This document shows, in pieces, positions 40,577 through 50,091 of a stretch of 64,000 bases of DNA (the first letter of the stretch is position 1; each line of letters starts with the position of its first letter). The position numbers and the translations under genes were made by a program. Location: assembly GCA_043783485.1 (NCBI GenBank), contig JAYVZI010000037.1, positions 5,813 through 69,812 of the forward strand, in the 5' to 3' direction. Source of the DNA: Bacteroidota bacterium. Lineage in GTDB: Bacteria; Bacteroidota; Bacteroidia; Flavobacteriales; Flavobacteriaceae. The notes under the pieces were generated by a model, which did no database searches, was not told where the DNA came from, and worked only from the letters and a program-made list of their open reading frames with translations.

Positions 40577-43348
40577 TTACCTAAACAAATCCTTATCAAA
40601 AACCATTCTCAAAGCATCGGCGTGACGGCGTTTTGCTCTTGTATAACTTCCTGCCGCTGGTGCTGCGTAGGCTTTTAGTGATGCCAATCTCCATTTTATA
40701 AAATCGAAATTCATGAGCATAAAACTATACGCACCCATATTTTTTGGCTCTTCTTGCGCCCAAACATAATCATCTACATTAGGATAACTCGCCACAATTG
40801 CTTTCAATTGCTCGACTGGCAACGGAAACATTTGTTCGATTCTGACAACTGCAACATCATTTCTTTTTAAGTTTTCTCTTTCGGCAGTAATATCGTAATA
40901 GAATTTTCCAGTACAGAAAACTAAGGTTTTAATATCAGCTTTATTTACCGAAATATCATCAATAGTTTCTTGAAATTGTCCGTTTGCGATTTCATCTTGC
41001 GTAGAAACGCATCTTGGATCACGAAGCAAACTTTTTGGAGTAAAGACAATCAGCGGTTTGCGGTATTTTGTAAGCATTTGTCGTCTTAACAAATGGAAAA
41101 AATTCGCAGGAGTAGTACAATCGGCAACGACCATATTATGTCTAGCACAAAGTTGCAGGTAGCGTTCCATTCGGCCTGACGAGTGTTCTGCACCTTGACC
41201 TTCGTAACCGTGAGGCAATAGCATTACGATACCATTTTGGTTGTTCCACTTATCTTCGCCACACGAAATGTATTGGTCTATCATGATTTGTGCTCCATTA
41301 CTGAAATCGCCAAATTGGGCTTCCCAAATTGTTAAAGAGTTAGGGTTTGCTAAGGCATAACCATAATCAAATCCTAAAACCCCGTATTCTGAAAGCAATG
41401 AATTGAAAATATTGAAATTTCCTTTCTTACCTTTTATATCGTTTAATAAAATTACTTCTTCTTCCGAATCTTCTACTTTTACAACGGCGTGACGATGCGA
41501 AAATGTTCCTCTTTCGACATCTTGACCCGAAATACGAACATCATAACCTTCGGTCAAAAGTGAGCCATAAGCCAATGTTTCGGCGGTTCCCCAATCGATG
41601 GTGTTGTTGTCGTACATCGTTTTACGGTCATTGACAATTTTCGAAATTTTATTGATAAATTTCTTGTCTTTTGGCAATGTCGAAACCGTTTCTATAATCG
41701 AATCGAGCGTATTTTTATCAAATTTAGTATCCACTTTTTGAAGCATTACATCATCAGAAACTTGATTAAATCCAACCCATTCATTTTGCATAAATGGTGT
41801 AATTATGGTTAATGATTTCTTACGAGATGCCTCTAAATTATCATCTAAATCGTCTTTGTATAACGTTTCTAATTCTTTTACAAAATTACCATCAATAATA
41901 TTTTGTGCCAATAGTTTTTCGGCATAAATATCTCGAGGATTTTTATGTTTTGCGATGATTTTGTATAATAATGGTTGTGTAAAACGAGGTTCGTCGCCTT
42001 CGTTATGACCATATTTTCGGTATCCTAATAAATCTATAAATACGTCACGACCAAATTGCATTCTGAAATCTAATGCAAAAAGCATTGCGTGCACAACTGC
42101 TTCAGCATCATCAGCATTGACATGCAAAACTGGAGAAAGTGTAACTTTAGCTACATCAGTACAATAAGTTGAAGACCTTGCATCATGATAATTGGTTGTA
42201 AAACCTACTTGATTATTGATTACAATATGAATGGTTCCGCCCGTTTTGTAACCGTCTAGTTGTGCCATTTGGATTATTTCGTACAAAATTCCTTGTCCAG
42301 CTATGGCAGCATCTCCGTGAACGGCAATTGGCAATACTTTCGAGAAATCGTTCGGGAAATATTTGTCTTGTTTGGCACGAGTAATTCCTTCTATAACAGC
42401 TCCAACGGTTTCAAGATGCGAAGGATTTGGTGCAAGATTGATATTAATGTTTTTTCCAGAACGGGTTTTTCTGTCTGATGTTAAACCTAAATGGTATTTT
42501 ACATCGCCATCAAAATATTCTTTATCGTAATCTTTTCCGTCAAATTCCGAGAAAATATCTTGGGTCGATTTTCTAAAAATATTGGCTAAAACATTCAAAC
42601 GACCACGATGAGCCATTCCCATTACAAATTTTTCGACGCCTTTGTCGGCAGCAGCTTCAATAAGTGCATCTAATCCAGCAATTATAGTTTCTCCACCTTC
42701 TAACGAAAATCGTTTTTGTCCTACATATTTAGTATGCAAGAAATTTTCGAACGAAACGGCTTCGTTTAATTTTTCAAGAATAATTTTCTTTTGATGAATA
42801 TCAAAATTAGGCTGATTATCGTTTATATTTAATTTATTTTGAATCCATTGAATTACTTCTGGATTTCTCATGTACATATATTCAATACCAATGTGTTGGC
42901 AATAAACGCTTTTGAGATGTGCGACAATTTCCTGTAACGTTGATGGTTTATGACCAAGTATTTTTGCAGCATCGAAAACGGTGTTCAAATCGGCATCGGT
43001 TAAACCAAAATCTGACAATTCTAAAGTTGGTGTGTAATGTCTTCGTTCACGAACGGGATTGGTTTCGGTAAACAAATGTCCGCGAGTTCTATAACCGTCT
43101 ATGAGTTTCAAAACATTGAATTCTTTTAGAATTTTATCCGAAACTTGACCGTTACCAACATTCGCCGTAGCGATATTCGACATCTGACTTACAGCGTTTT
43201 CTTCGTTGTAAGTTGTCATTCCAAAATCGAAACCCTGAAAAAAACTTCTCCATGATGGCTCAACGCTATCTGGGTTTTCTAAATATTGGTCGTATAATTG
43301 AGCGAAAAATTCGGTGTGAGCTGCGTTTAAAAATGAAAACCTATCCAT
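40577..43348 (-). CDS. sucA: 2-oxoglutarate dehydrogenase E1
   Basis: KRFSLEG, GMAHRGRLN, HGDAA..GQG, WEAQFGDF, HGYEGQGAEHSS. Confidence 0.97.
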   Translation of the reverse strand: MDRFSFLNAAHTEFFAQLYDQYLENPDSVEPSWRSFFQGFDFGMTTYNEENAVSQMSNIATANVGNGQVSDKILKEFNVLKLIDGYRTRGHLFTETNPVRERRHYTPTLELSDFGLTDADLNTVFDAAKILGHKPSTLQEIVAHLKSVYCQHIGIEYMYMRNPEVIQWIQNKLNINDNQPNFDIHQKKIILEKLNEAVSFENFLHTKYVGQKRFSLEGGETIIAGLDALIEAAADKGVEKFVMGMAHRGRLNVLANIFRKSTQDIFSEFDGKDYDKEYFDGDVKYHLGLTSDRKTRSGKNININLAPNPSHLETVGAVIEGITRAKQDKYFPNDFSKVLPIAVHGDAAIAGQGILYEIIQMAQLDGYKTGGTIHIVINNQVGFTTNYHDARSSTYCTDVAKVTLSPVLHVNADDAEAVVHAMLFALDFRMQFGRDVFIDLLGYRKYGHNEGDEPRFTQPLLYKIIAKHKNPRDIYAEKLLAQNIIDGNFVKELETLYKDDLDDNLEASRKKSLTIITPFMQNEWVGFNQVSDDVMLQKVDTKFDKNTLDSIIETVSTLPKDKKFINKISKIVNDRKTMYDNNTIDWGTAETLAYGSLLTEGYDVRISGQDVERGTFSHRHAVVKVEDSEEEVILLNDIKGKKGNFNIFNSLLSEYGVLGFDYGYALANPNSLTIWEAQFGDFSNGAQIMIDQYISCGEDKWNNQNGIVMLLPHGYEGQGAEHSSGRMERYLQLCARHNMVVADCTTPANFFHLLRRQMLTKYRKPLIVFTPKSLLRDPRCVSTQDEIANGQFQETIDDISVNKADIKTLVFCTGKFYYDITAERENLKRNDVAVVRIEQMFPLPVEQLKAIVASYPNVDDYVWAQEEPKNMGAYSFMLMNFDFIKWRLASLKAYAAPAAGSYTRAKRRHADALRMVFDKDLFR

Positions 43349-43466
43349 AATGAGTAGTTAATAACCTGATTTGTTGAAAATAGTTTCGCAAAAGTACGAT
43401 AAATCGTTAAAAATATTAAATCTTTTTAGATACTTTTATCTTTTTAAAATTAAACAAAAATAAATT

Positions 43467-44015
43467 ATGAAAAAATTTTATTCTATTGCAAATTTCAAAA
43501 TGGTTTTTAGTGTTTTAGTGTTATTGATTTCGGTCTTTTCTTTTTCGCAAGATCAGCCTGATTCTCCCAAAGTAAAAAGCGAATTTTGGAAAAAAGTTCA
43601 GTTTGGTGGAGGATTAGGGTTGGGAATCGGGTCGGATTATACCGATATTAGTGTATCGCCAACGGCAATTTATAACGCCAATAAATATTTTTCGGTTGGA
43701 ACTGGATTACAATTAAGCTATTCTAAAGCAAAAAACGTTTACAGTTCAGTAATTTATGGAGGAAGTTTAATAGGTTTGGTAAATCCTATCGAGGAAATTC
43801 AGCTTTCGGTAGAGTTAGAACAATTAAGAGTAAACCGATCTTTCCAAGCGATTCCGAATAACATAAAAGATAATTTTTGGAGTACAGGACTTTATCTTGG
43901 TGCGGGTTACAGAACCAATAATGTAACAATTGGCGCAAAATACAATGTTTTGTATGACAAAAACAAAAGCGTTTACAGCAATGCTTTTATGCCCTTTGTT
44001 AGGGTTTTCTTTTAA
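43467..44015 (+). CDS. Small outer-membrane beta-barrel protein
   Basis: Signal peptide, amphipathic strands, C-terminal VRVFF. Confidence 0.7.
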   Translation: MKKFYSIANFKMVFSVLVLLISVFSFSQDQPDSPKVKSEFWKKVQFGGGLGLGIGSDYTDISVSPTAIYNANKYFSVGTGLQLSYSKAKNVYSSVIYGGSLIGLVNPIEEIQLSVELEQLRVNRSFQAIPNNIKDNFWSTGLYLGAGYRTNNVTIGAKYNVLYDKNKSVYSNAFMPFVRVFF

Positions 44016-44353
44016 TTTAATTTTTTTTCTAAAAGTTCAATTAATTTATCCATCTTATCAAATAAGCCATCAATTACATAGTTTGGAGTTTTTATTGTGA
44101 TTTCAAAACCTGCAACATTATTAGTTGCGTTTTCTGTATTAGTTTGATTTATACTAATTTGTTTTTCTTCTAACAAATAATCTAAAGGCACATCTAAAGC
44201 ATCAGCCAATGTTTTTAGATGGTCGTGTTTTATACTTGTTCCTTGTTCCCATTTGCCAATGGTAACTTGGCTTACTCCAATTTTCTGAGCTAATTCTTCT
44301 TGAGAGAATTTCTTTTTTTCTCTCAATTTACGCAATTTAATTACAGTGTTCAT
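44012..44353 (-). CDS. XRE-family HTH transcriptional regulator
   Basis: LRKLREKKKFSQEELAQKIGVSQVTIGKWEQG; start taken at MNTVIK, downstream of a TATATTTG element. Confidence 0.88.
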   Translation of the reverse strand: MNTVIKLRKLREKKKFSQEELAQKIGVSQVTIGKWEQGTSIKHDHLKTLADALDVPLDYLLEEKQISINQTNTENATNNVAGFEITIKTPNYVIDGLFDKMDKLIELLEKKLN

Positions 44354-44422
44354 AATGAATTTTTGTTGGTACAAATATAAGATTAGTTTTAAAATTTAAA
44401 CGATTTCTTTTTTAAATTAAAG

Positions 44423-44448
44423 TTTTATGTTTAGTAATAAACATAAAA
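44423..44448. promoter_or_regulatory. Perfect 11-bp inverted repeat in divergent intergenic region, candidate XRE operator
   Basis: TTTTATGTTTA-GTAA-TAAACATAAAA. Confidence 0.45.
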
Positions 44449-44534
44449 TAGACTCATTTTTGTAAAATCAAAAACAATCTCGAGAAATGTTTTGTTAAAA
44501 ATAAATAAATTATTAAAATTAAAAATTATTTAGA

Positions 44535-45206
44535 ATGAAAAAATTATTATTTGGATTGATTATTGCCTTTATATTTTCAACATCGTCATTTGGACAAAAA
44601 GCTAATGAAAATAAAGTAAAGCTTTTGTGTTACAGTACAAGTTGTTGTCATTTTGTTATTGATATTGATATTTGGAGTACAACTCATTGTTTTTATGGTT
44701 CTGTTGAAAAAAACGGGAATATGGTTGGAAGTTATTCGATGACGCTTGAATCTAAAAACAATCCTAAGGAATTTGTTAATGTCGATGAGGATATTATTCT
44801 CCCAGAATTTTCTTCCGATTTCGGTGGAGTGTTAGCATTGCCAAAAGGGAATTATAAAGTAGTTGACAATAAGATTTTTTATACTCCAATAAAAATATCA
44901 AGTGCAAAAAAATATTGTTTAACCGAACATGTAACTGGAACTGTTTTAGGTCACGATGTGGATTATTCAATGACAATTTGTGCGTATTGGTTTTTTAAAA
45001 ATGGTAAAATCAGTAAAGGAGGAATGAAAATCACACCTGAATTGTCTTTTGATCAACTTGAGGAAGTAAAAGACAATAATAATAAAATTTCATTTTCAAA
45101 ACAAACAAAGTTTAAAACTCCGGATTTTATTTATACATTAGATGCCGGAGATTATTTTCTTAGCGAGGACGGAAATATTTATTTAGAAAATGTTAAATTA
45201 GATTAG
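44535..45206 (+). CDS. Secreted Cys-containing hypothetical protein with apparent internal duplication
   Basis: Signal peptide; two halves each with C..C hairpin then L.(K/A)G(N/D)Y....(N/G)(K/N)I(F/Y). Confidence 0.65.
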   Translation: MKKLLFGLIIAFIFSTSSFGQKANENKVKLLCYSTSCCHFVIDIDIWSTTHCFYGSVEKNGNMVGSYSMTLESKNNPKEFVNVDEDIILPEFSSDFGGVLALPKGNYKVVDNKIFYTPIKISSAKKYCLTEHVTGTVLGHDVDYSMTICAYWFFKNGKISKGGMKITPELSFDQLEEVKDNNNKISFSKQTKFKTPDFIYTLDAGDYFLSEDGNIYLENVKLD

Positions 45207-45251
45207 TAATTAATCAATCAGGGCTCTAAGCCCTGATTATTTGAAAAATTT

Positions 45252-45797
45252 ATGAAAAAAGGGATTGTTGGTTTTTTTTTAGTTTTGATTGTTGTAATTG
45301 TTGTTTTGTCACAATTTAGTATACAAATTGGTAATGTTAGGATAGGTAAACAAATTGATTTAAAAATAAAACAAAATAAAAATTTTGAAGAAAGTTACTT
45401 CTACCAATCACATTTTTCAAAAGAAAATTTAGTTGTGATAAATCTTTGGGCAACATGGTGTAAACCATGCATTAAAGAAATGCCTGAGTTGAATTCAATT
45501 AAAGAAACTTATAAAAAAGAAAATGTGGATTTTTTGTCATTATCAATAGATACAGACTCTATAGATTTAATTAAATTCAATAATACTGAGAAGTTTAGAT
45601 TTAAGGATATTACATTGTTAGATCTAAAATACAGAAATGCTATATTAAACACATTAGAAGGAAACAAAACTGACAAGTGGATTACTTCTACAATTATTCC
45701 AGTCACATATTTAATTAAAAATAAAAAAATAGTTAAAAAATTTACTGGAGAAATAGCAAAGGAGGAGCTTGAACAAGCAATCTCTTTATATAAATAA
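45252..45797 (+). CDS. TlpA-family thiol:disulfide oxidoreductase
   Basis: NLWATWCKPCIKEMP, cis-Pro IPVTY, N-terminal membrane anchor. Confidence 0.88.
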   Translation: MKKGIVGFFLVLIVVIVVLSQFSIQIGNVRIGKQIDLKIKQNKNFEESYFYQSHFSKENLVVINLWATWCKPCIKEMPELNSIKETYKKENVDFLSLSIDTDSIDLIKFNNTEKFRFKDITLLDLKYRNAILNTLEGNKTDKWITSTIIPVTYLIKNKKIVKKFTGEIAKEELEQAISLYK

Positions 45798-46026
45798 TTC
45801 TCTTTTAGGAACTAAGTATTTGTCATTTTTAAAGCAAAAAAATATTAAAATCTACAAATTTGTTTATTGTTATTATTTGTGTAATTAACATTTATGGTTA
45901 TACTTTATGATTAAGTAATAGAAATTATCCATTAAAGTATCTAGAGTATTAATTTGCACTTATTTATTGCGTCATAATACAAAAAGTAATTTTCCCTTAA
46001 ATGCTTTATTTTAAAAATAAAAAAAC

Positions 46027-46428
46027 ATGAAAAAATTATGTTATTTGTTAATATTACTATTACCTTATTCAATCTTCGCGCAATCTACATTTGAAACAGC
46101 ATTAAAAGCTGGGGAATTAATAATGAGCGGTTTTACAATATTAAAAGCTTCAAAAACGGATATTCAAAAACAGAGTAAATTTGTAGAAAGTGTATGTGTA
46201 AAAAATAAACTTTCTGATAAAATTACTTTTGTCATTGATGGTGAGACGGAAGATGGTGAGAAAATAAAAAAAGACTTGGTAGTTCAAGTAGATGGTAAAG
46301 AATGTTTTTTAGAATTGCCAAAAGGCATTTATACCTATCAAGTAATTCTTTCGAATAAGGAAATTTACAAAAAAGGCAATTACAAGTTTGAAGATAACAT
46401 TGTCATTACGATTAAGAAAGATGATTAA
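46027..46428 (+). CDS. Secreted hypothetical protein
   Basis: Signal peptide, 133 aa, CVKN and C..LPKG.Y beta-sandwich-like segment. Confidence 0.65.
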   Translation: MKKLCYLLILLLPYSIFAQSTFETALKAGELIMSGFTILKASKTDIQKQSKFVESVCVKNKLSDKITFVIDGETEDGEKIKKDLVVQVDGKECFLELPKGIYTYQVILSNKEIYKKGNYKFEDNIVITIKKDD

Positions 46429-46462
46429 AAAAAGGCGGAACCAAATTTGGTTCCGCCTTTTT
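46427..46462 (+). terminator. Intrinsic terminator
   Basis: AAAAAAGGCGGAACCAAATTTGGTTCCGCCTTTTTT. Confidence 0.8.
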
Positions 46463-46579
46463 TATTTATTGCCAAACTACCATGTATTTATATGTTAAAA
46501 TAACAATAAATATGTTGTTAAATAATTATGATATTCATTGGTGTAAGTTTCTTTATTTAAAATATTGTAATTTTACAAA

Positions 46580-47902
46580 ATGAAAAAAACATTTAGTTTC
46601 CTACTTATATTATTAGCCACTTTTGCATTTTCGCAAAATTCTACATTACAATCAGGGCCAATGGTTGGTTATTGCGAAATGAAAGAAGCCATGATTTGGT
46701 TGCAAACTACAAAACCTGCAACTGTCAAAATTGAATATTTTGCTATTGATAAACCTTCGGAAGTTTTTGTTTCGGATAATTATACAACTACTAAAGATGT
46801 TGGTTTTACCTATCATATTATATTGGATAAATTACAGCAAGGCAAAAAATACAATTACACTGTTTTTATAGATAATAAAAAAGTTGTTTTTCCTTACGAA
46901 ACTTCATTTTCATCTAAAAAATTATGGCAATGGCGCGAGGATGCACCCGATTTTACCGTAGCTTTTGGAAGTTGTAATTACGTAAACGAACCCGAAGTAG
47001 ACCGTCCAGGAAAAGGCTATGGTAGCAACCACGAAATTTTTGGTGCCATTGCCAATAAAAACCCCGACATTATGATTTGGGGCGGAGATAATATGTATTT
47101 GCGCGAAGTAGATTTTGATTCGAAAACTGGAATTTATTACCGAAGCACGCATTCTCGTGCTATAAAAGAGATTCAACCCCTATTGGCAAAAACACAAAAT
47201 CAAGCCATTTGGGACGATCACGATTATGGGAATAACGATTCCGATCGCAGTTTTTATAACAAATATGTAACCCAAAAAGCATTTAAGGATTTTTGGGCAA
47301 ACAAAATGTACGGATCCGATGCGAGTCAAAACGAAGGCACTTATTCGACTTTCAATTGGGGCGATGCACAGTTTTTTATGCTTGATGATCGATTTTTTCG
47401 CTCGCCAAATGACAGGATTACTGGCGATCATACTATGTTGGGAACAACGCAATTCAATTGGTTAATTGATGCTTTATCGGCATCTAACGCAAGTTTTAAG
47501 ATTATTGTAATTGGCGGGCAAGTGTTAAACTCGGTTCCCGATACCGAAAATTATGGACATTATCCAGAGGAAAAAGCAAAACTTTTAAAGGAACTTTTGG
47601 ATAATAAAATAAAAGGCGTTTTGTTCCTAACAGGCGATCGTCATTATGCTGAATTGGCAAAAATGGATCGAGAAAATACCTATCCTTTATACGATTGGAC
47701 CGTTTCGCCATTTACTTCTGGAGTGGCATCAGAAAGAGAAACCAATCCGTTAAAAGTAAATGGAAGCACATTTTTTACGCATAATTTTGGAATAATTTCG
47801 TTTTCTGGAAACAAAGCAAACCGACAAATAAAATTAACGTTGTTTGACAAAGACGGAAAAGAATTATGGAATAAAGTGATTTTGAAAAAAGAGTTGGAAT
47901 AA
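46580..47902 (+). CDS. phoD: PhoD-family alkaline phosphatase
   Basis: FGSCN, GDNMY, WDDHD, LDDR, LTGDRH. Confidence 0.88.
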   Translation: MKKTFSFLLILLATFAFSQNSTLQSGPMVGYCEMKEAMIWLQTTKPATVKIEYFAIDKPSEVFVSDNYTTTKDVGFTYHIILDKLQQGKKYNYTVFIDNKKVVFPYETSFSSKKLWQWREDAPDFTVAFGSCNYVNEPEVDRPGKGYGSNHEIFGAIANKNPDIMIWGGDNMYLREVDFDSKTGIYYRSTHSRAIKEIQPLLAKTQNQAIWDDHDYGNNDSDRSFYNKYVTQKAFKDFWANKMYGSDASQNEGTYSTFNWGDAQFFMLDDRFFRSPNDRITGDHTMLGTTQFNWLIDALSASNASFKIIVIGGQVLNSVPDTENYGHYPEEKAKLLKELLDNKIKGVLFLTGDRHYAELAKMDRENTYPLYDWTVSPFTSGVASERETNPLKVNGSTFFTHNFGIISFSGNKANRQIKLTLFDKDGKELWNKVILKKELE

Positions 47903-47939
47903 AAACACGAATTTCACTAATTTTCACATATCAAATAAA

Positions 47940-48055
47940 TTAATATCTGTTCCTAAACCAAACTTTCATCCATTCACGTTTCAGAATCAAAAAAGCCACT
48001 TGTTTTGCAAGTTCTGAAATATCCGAACCATCGAGTTTTTTGATTTGATCTTCGG
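47940..48055 (-). repeat. Duplicated 3' end (116 bp) of the gene at 49651-50004; left boundary of insertion
   Basis: Aligns to 49651-49766 with 5 substitutions, all synonymous in the gene's frame. Confidence 0.9.
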
Positions 48056-48424
48056 AGAATTTATTTTGAATAATTCGATTGTTTTTTATTTATAAATTTA
48101 ACCAAAAGCAAAGGTGTTAAAAAAACGTTAAAATTTTGTTTTTTTTATTTTCGACTAACAGTAAATAACATCGATAAAAAACACTGTTTTTATTTACCCC
48201 CCGCCCCTCTTATTATTGTATGTTTGCGGCAACGAATTCAAATTTAATATCCGTTTGAATTGCTAATTAGAGATGGCCATCTCAATGAGATTTATCAAAT
48301 TATTTTTATGGGTTTATTATTAATTTGAAGTATAAAAAAATGAACCAAAAAAAAGCAGCCTTACCTTTATAATGTTTTCGATGACATAAGTAAGACTGCA
48401 ACAATTAAAATTATTTACAAATTT

Positions 48425-49144
48425 ATGAAAAAAATTAATCTATTACTTGCTTTATTTGTTTTTGTATTCTTAACTATTTTTTTTGTTACTTCTTGTAACA
48501 AAGAAGACCAAGAAAAAGATGTAAAAGTAAATTTAGAAGAATATGGTTTTTACCACAATGAAGCAATTAGGTTGTATACCCAAAATGACAATTCTAGAAA
48601 AGTAAATTTAAAGAACAAGAGTTATAATCAGGTAATGACTGAAATATTAAGCTTAATGAAAGACAAATATCCGAGTGTCTACAACAGTACAGATATTCAT
48701 GATATTTCACCTTTTTTTTTAAGCTATAAATCTTCTTTAGATTATAGTTTTAACGATCAGTGGTTAAAAATTAAAGATAATCTATTACAAGATGGTAAAC
48801 TATCATTGCAAACAATCGAATTCATTAATAGTGTTTTAAATGACAAAGATGAATACATTAAAATTAAAGAAAAGTTAGAAATTTTAAAGTCTAACAAATT
48901 TATTCATGGAAATGATAAAAAATTCATAGTTGTATTTGAGAGTGTATTAGAATCTTCAAATAAACTTTGGTTTACAGAAAATCCAAATCTTGATTCAAAA
49001 AAACTAAAAAACTATTGCAATCATCAAATGATAATAGCTGACGCTGGTGCAGCTGGTTGTTTTCTTTGGAGCGGACCGGTTGCCGCTATTGCAGGCGCCG
49101 CAGCTTCTCTGATTGCTGCATCTACTGGTGATTGTGCTCAATAA
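48425..49144 (+). CDS. Lipoprotein with Gly/Ala-rich hydrophobic C-terminal tail (bacteriocin/toxin-like)
   Basis: Lipobox FVTS-C followed by NKED; G..HN motif; tail ADAGAAGCFLWSGPVAAIAGAAASLIAASTGDCAQ. Confidence 0.7.
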   Translation: MKKINLLLALFVFVFLTIFFVTSCNKEDQEKDVKVNLEEYGFYHNEAIRLYTQNDNSRKVNLKNKSYNQVMTEILSLMKDKYPSVYNSTDIHDISPFFLSYKSSLDYSFNDQWLKIKDNLLQDGKLSLQTIEFINSVLNDKDEYIKIKEKLEILKSNKFIHGNDKKFIVVFESVLESSNKLWFTENPNLDSKKLKNYCNHQMIIADAGAAGCFLWSGPVAAIAGAAASLIAASTGDCAQ

Positions 49145-49153
49145 AATATATAT

Positions 49154-49553
49154 ATGAAAATAAAATTTAAAAAATCAAACAGTATTGATTTTCATAATTA
49201 TTATGTTTTTTTAAATAATAAAAAATATAATTTAAATCAAGAATTGAATTTAAATCTCATAGATAATAATAACTCCTTTTATGTCATAAAATTGATTTAA
49301 AACAAAATGTCATAAAATTGATTTAAATCATAAAGAGTGTACAGTTAATATTGAATTTATAATAAGCAAAAAGCAATATTTTATACTAATGTCTGTATTT
49401 GTAATACTAATCATGTGTTGTATTATTTTTGATAATTATTTTATGTGGACGTTTACTACTTTTCTATCATTAGTGTGGTTAGTTTTTCAATTTTATATTT
49501 ACACTTTTGGACATAAATATTATATAAAAACAGTGATTAACTATAATGATTAA
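49154..49553 (+). pseudogene. Frameshifted small membrane protein (possible immunity gene)
   Basis: MKIKFKKS...FYVIKLI* stops at 49300; another frame continues KTKCHKIDL...two TM helices...YND* to 49553. The break coincides with a 21-bp direct repeat (49281-49301 and 49307-49327). Confidence 0.55.
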
Positions 49554-49622
49554 AAACATAATCACATTTTAATAAATTGGGCTGTATTAAAAATAGACAG
49601 CCCATACTTAGGAATAGATATT

Positions 49623-49652
49623 AAAAAACGGAGCCAATTGGCTCCGTTTTTT
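49623..49652. terminator. Bidirectional terminator
   Basis: AAAAAACGGAGCCAATTGGCTCCGTTTTTT. Confidence 0.75.
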
Positions 49653-50004
49653 AATATCTGTTCCTAAACCAAACTTTCATCCATTCACGTTTCAAAATCA
49701 AAAAAGCCACTTGTTTTGCAAGTTCCGAAATATCCGAACCGTCAAGTTTTTTGATTTGATCCTCGGGAACATCAACAATATATAGCAAATTGAGATATTC
49801 GGCAAATTTGTATTGAATTAATCGATATACTTTTTCGTGCAACTGAATTTTGAGTTCTTCAGGCAAAGTGCTCATCGGAAAATCGATTCCCTCGTTTGCC
49901 AAATTGAAATCTTTGTTAATTTGCTCAATTAATTTTAGATACAAGTTTTCGCTTTCGGCTCCGGAAAGTAGTAAATCGGTATTTTGTGGAGTTATAAAAT
50001 TCAT
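49651..50004 (-). CDS. Hypothetical protein (target of the insertion)
   Basis: 117-aa ORF, QINKDF, LLYIVDV.E, ILKREWMKVWFR; downstream of the polyprenyl synthetase gene. Confidence 0.75.
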   Translation of the reverse strand: MNFITPQNTDLLLSGAESENLYLKLIEQINKDFNLANEGIDFPMSTLPEELKIQLHEKVYRLIQYKFAEYLNLLYIVDVPEDQIKKLDGSDISELAKQVAFLILKREWMKVWFRNRY

Positions 50005-50091
50005 TTTTTAATTTCAAAGTTCAAAAAGTCAATTTCAAAAGTCAATGTGAAAATAGGATTGATTTTTGAAGTTGTTTTTTGAAGTTGTTTT

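Larger units (their letters stand above)
48056..49650. mobile_element. About 1.6-kb AT-rich insertion (mini-island) without integrase
   Basis: Bounded by the 116-bp direct repeat; carries a lipoprotein gene and a broken membrane-protein gene. Confidence 0.65.

Noticed and set aside
46485-46530. TGTTAAA repeats upstream of phoD as a Pho box
   Set aside because: Spacing is irregular and the DNA is very AT-rich; not distinguishable from chance.
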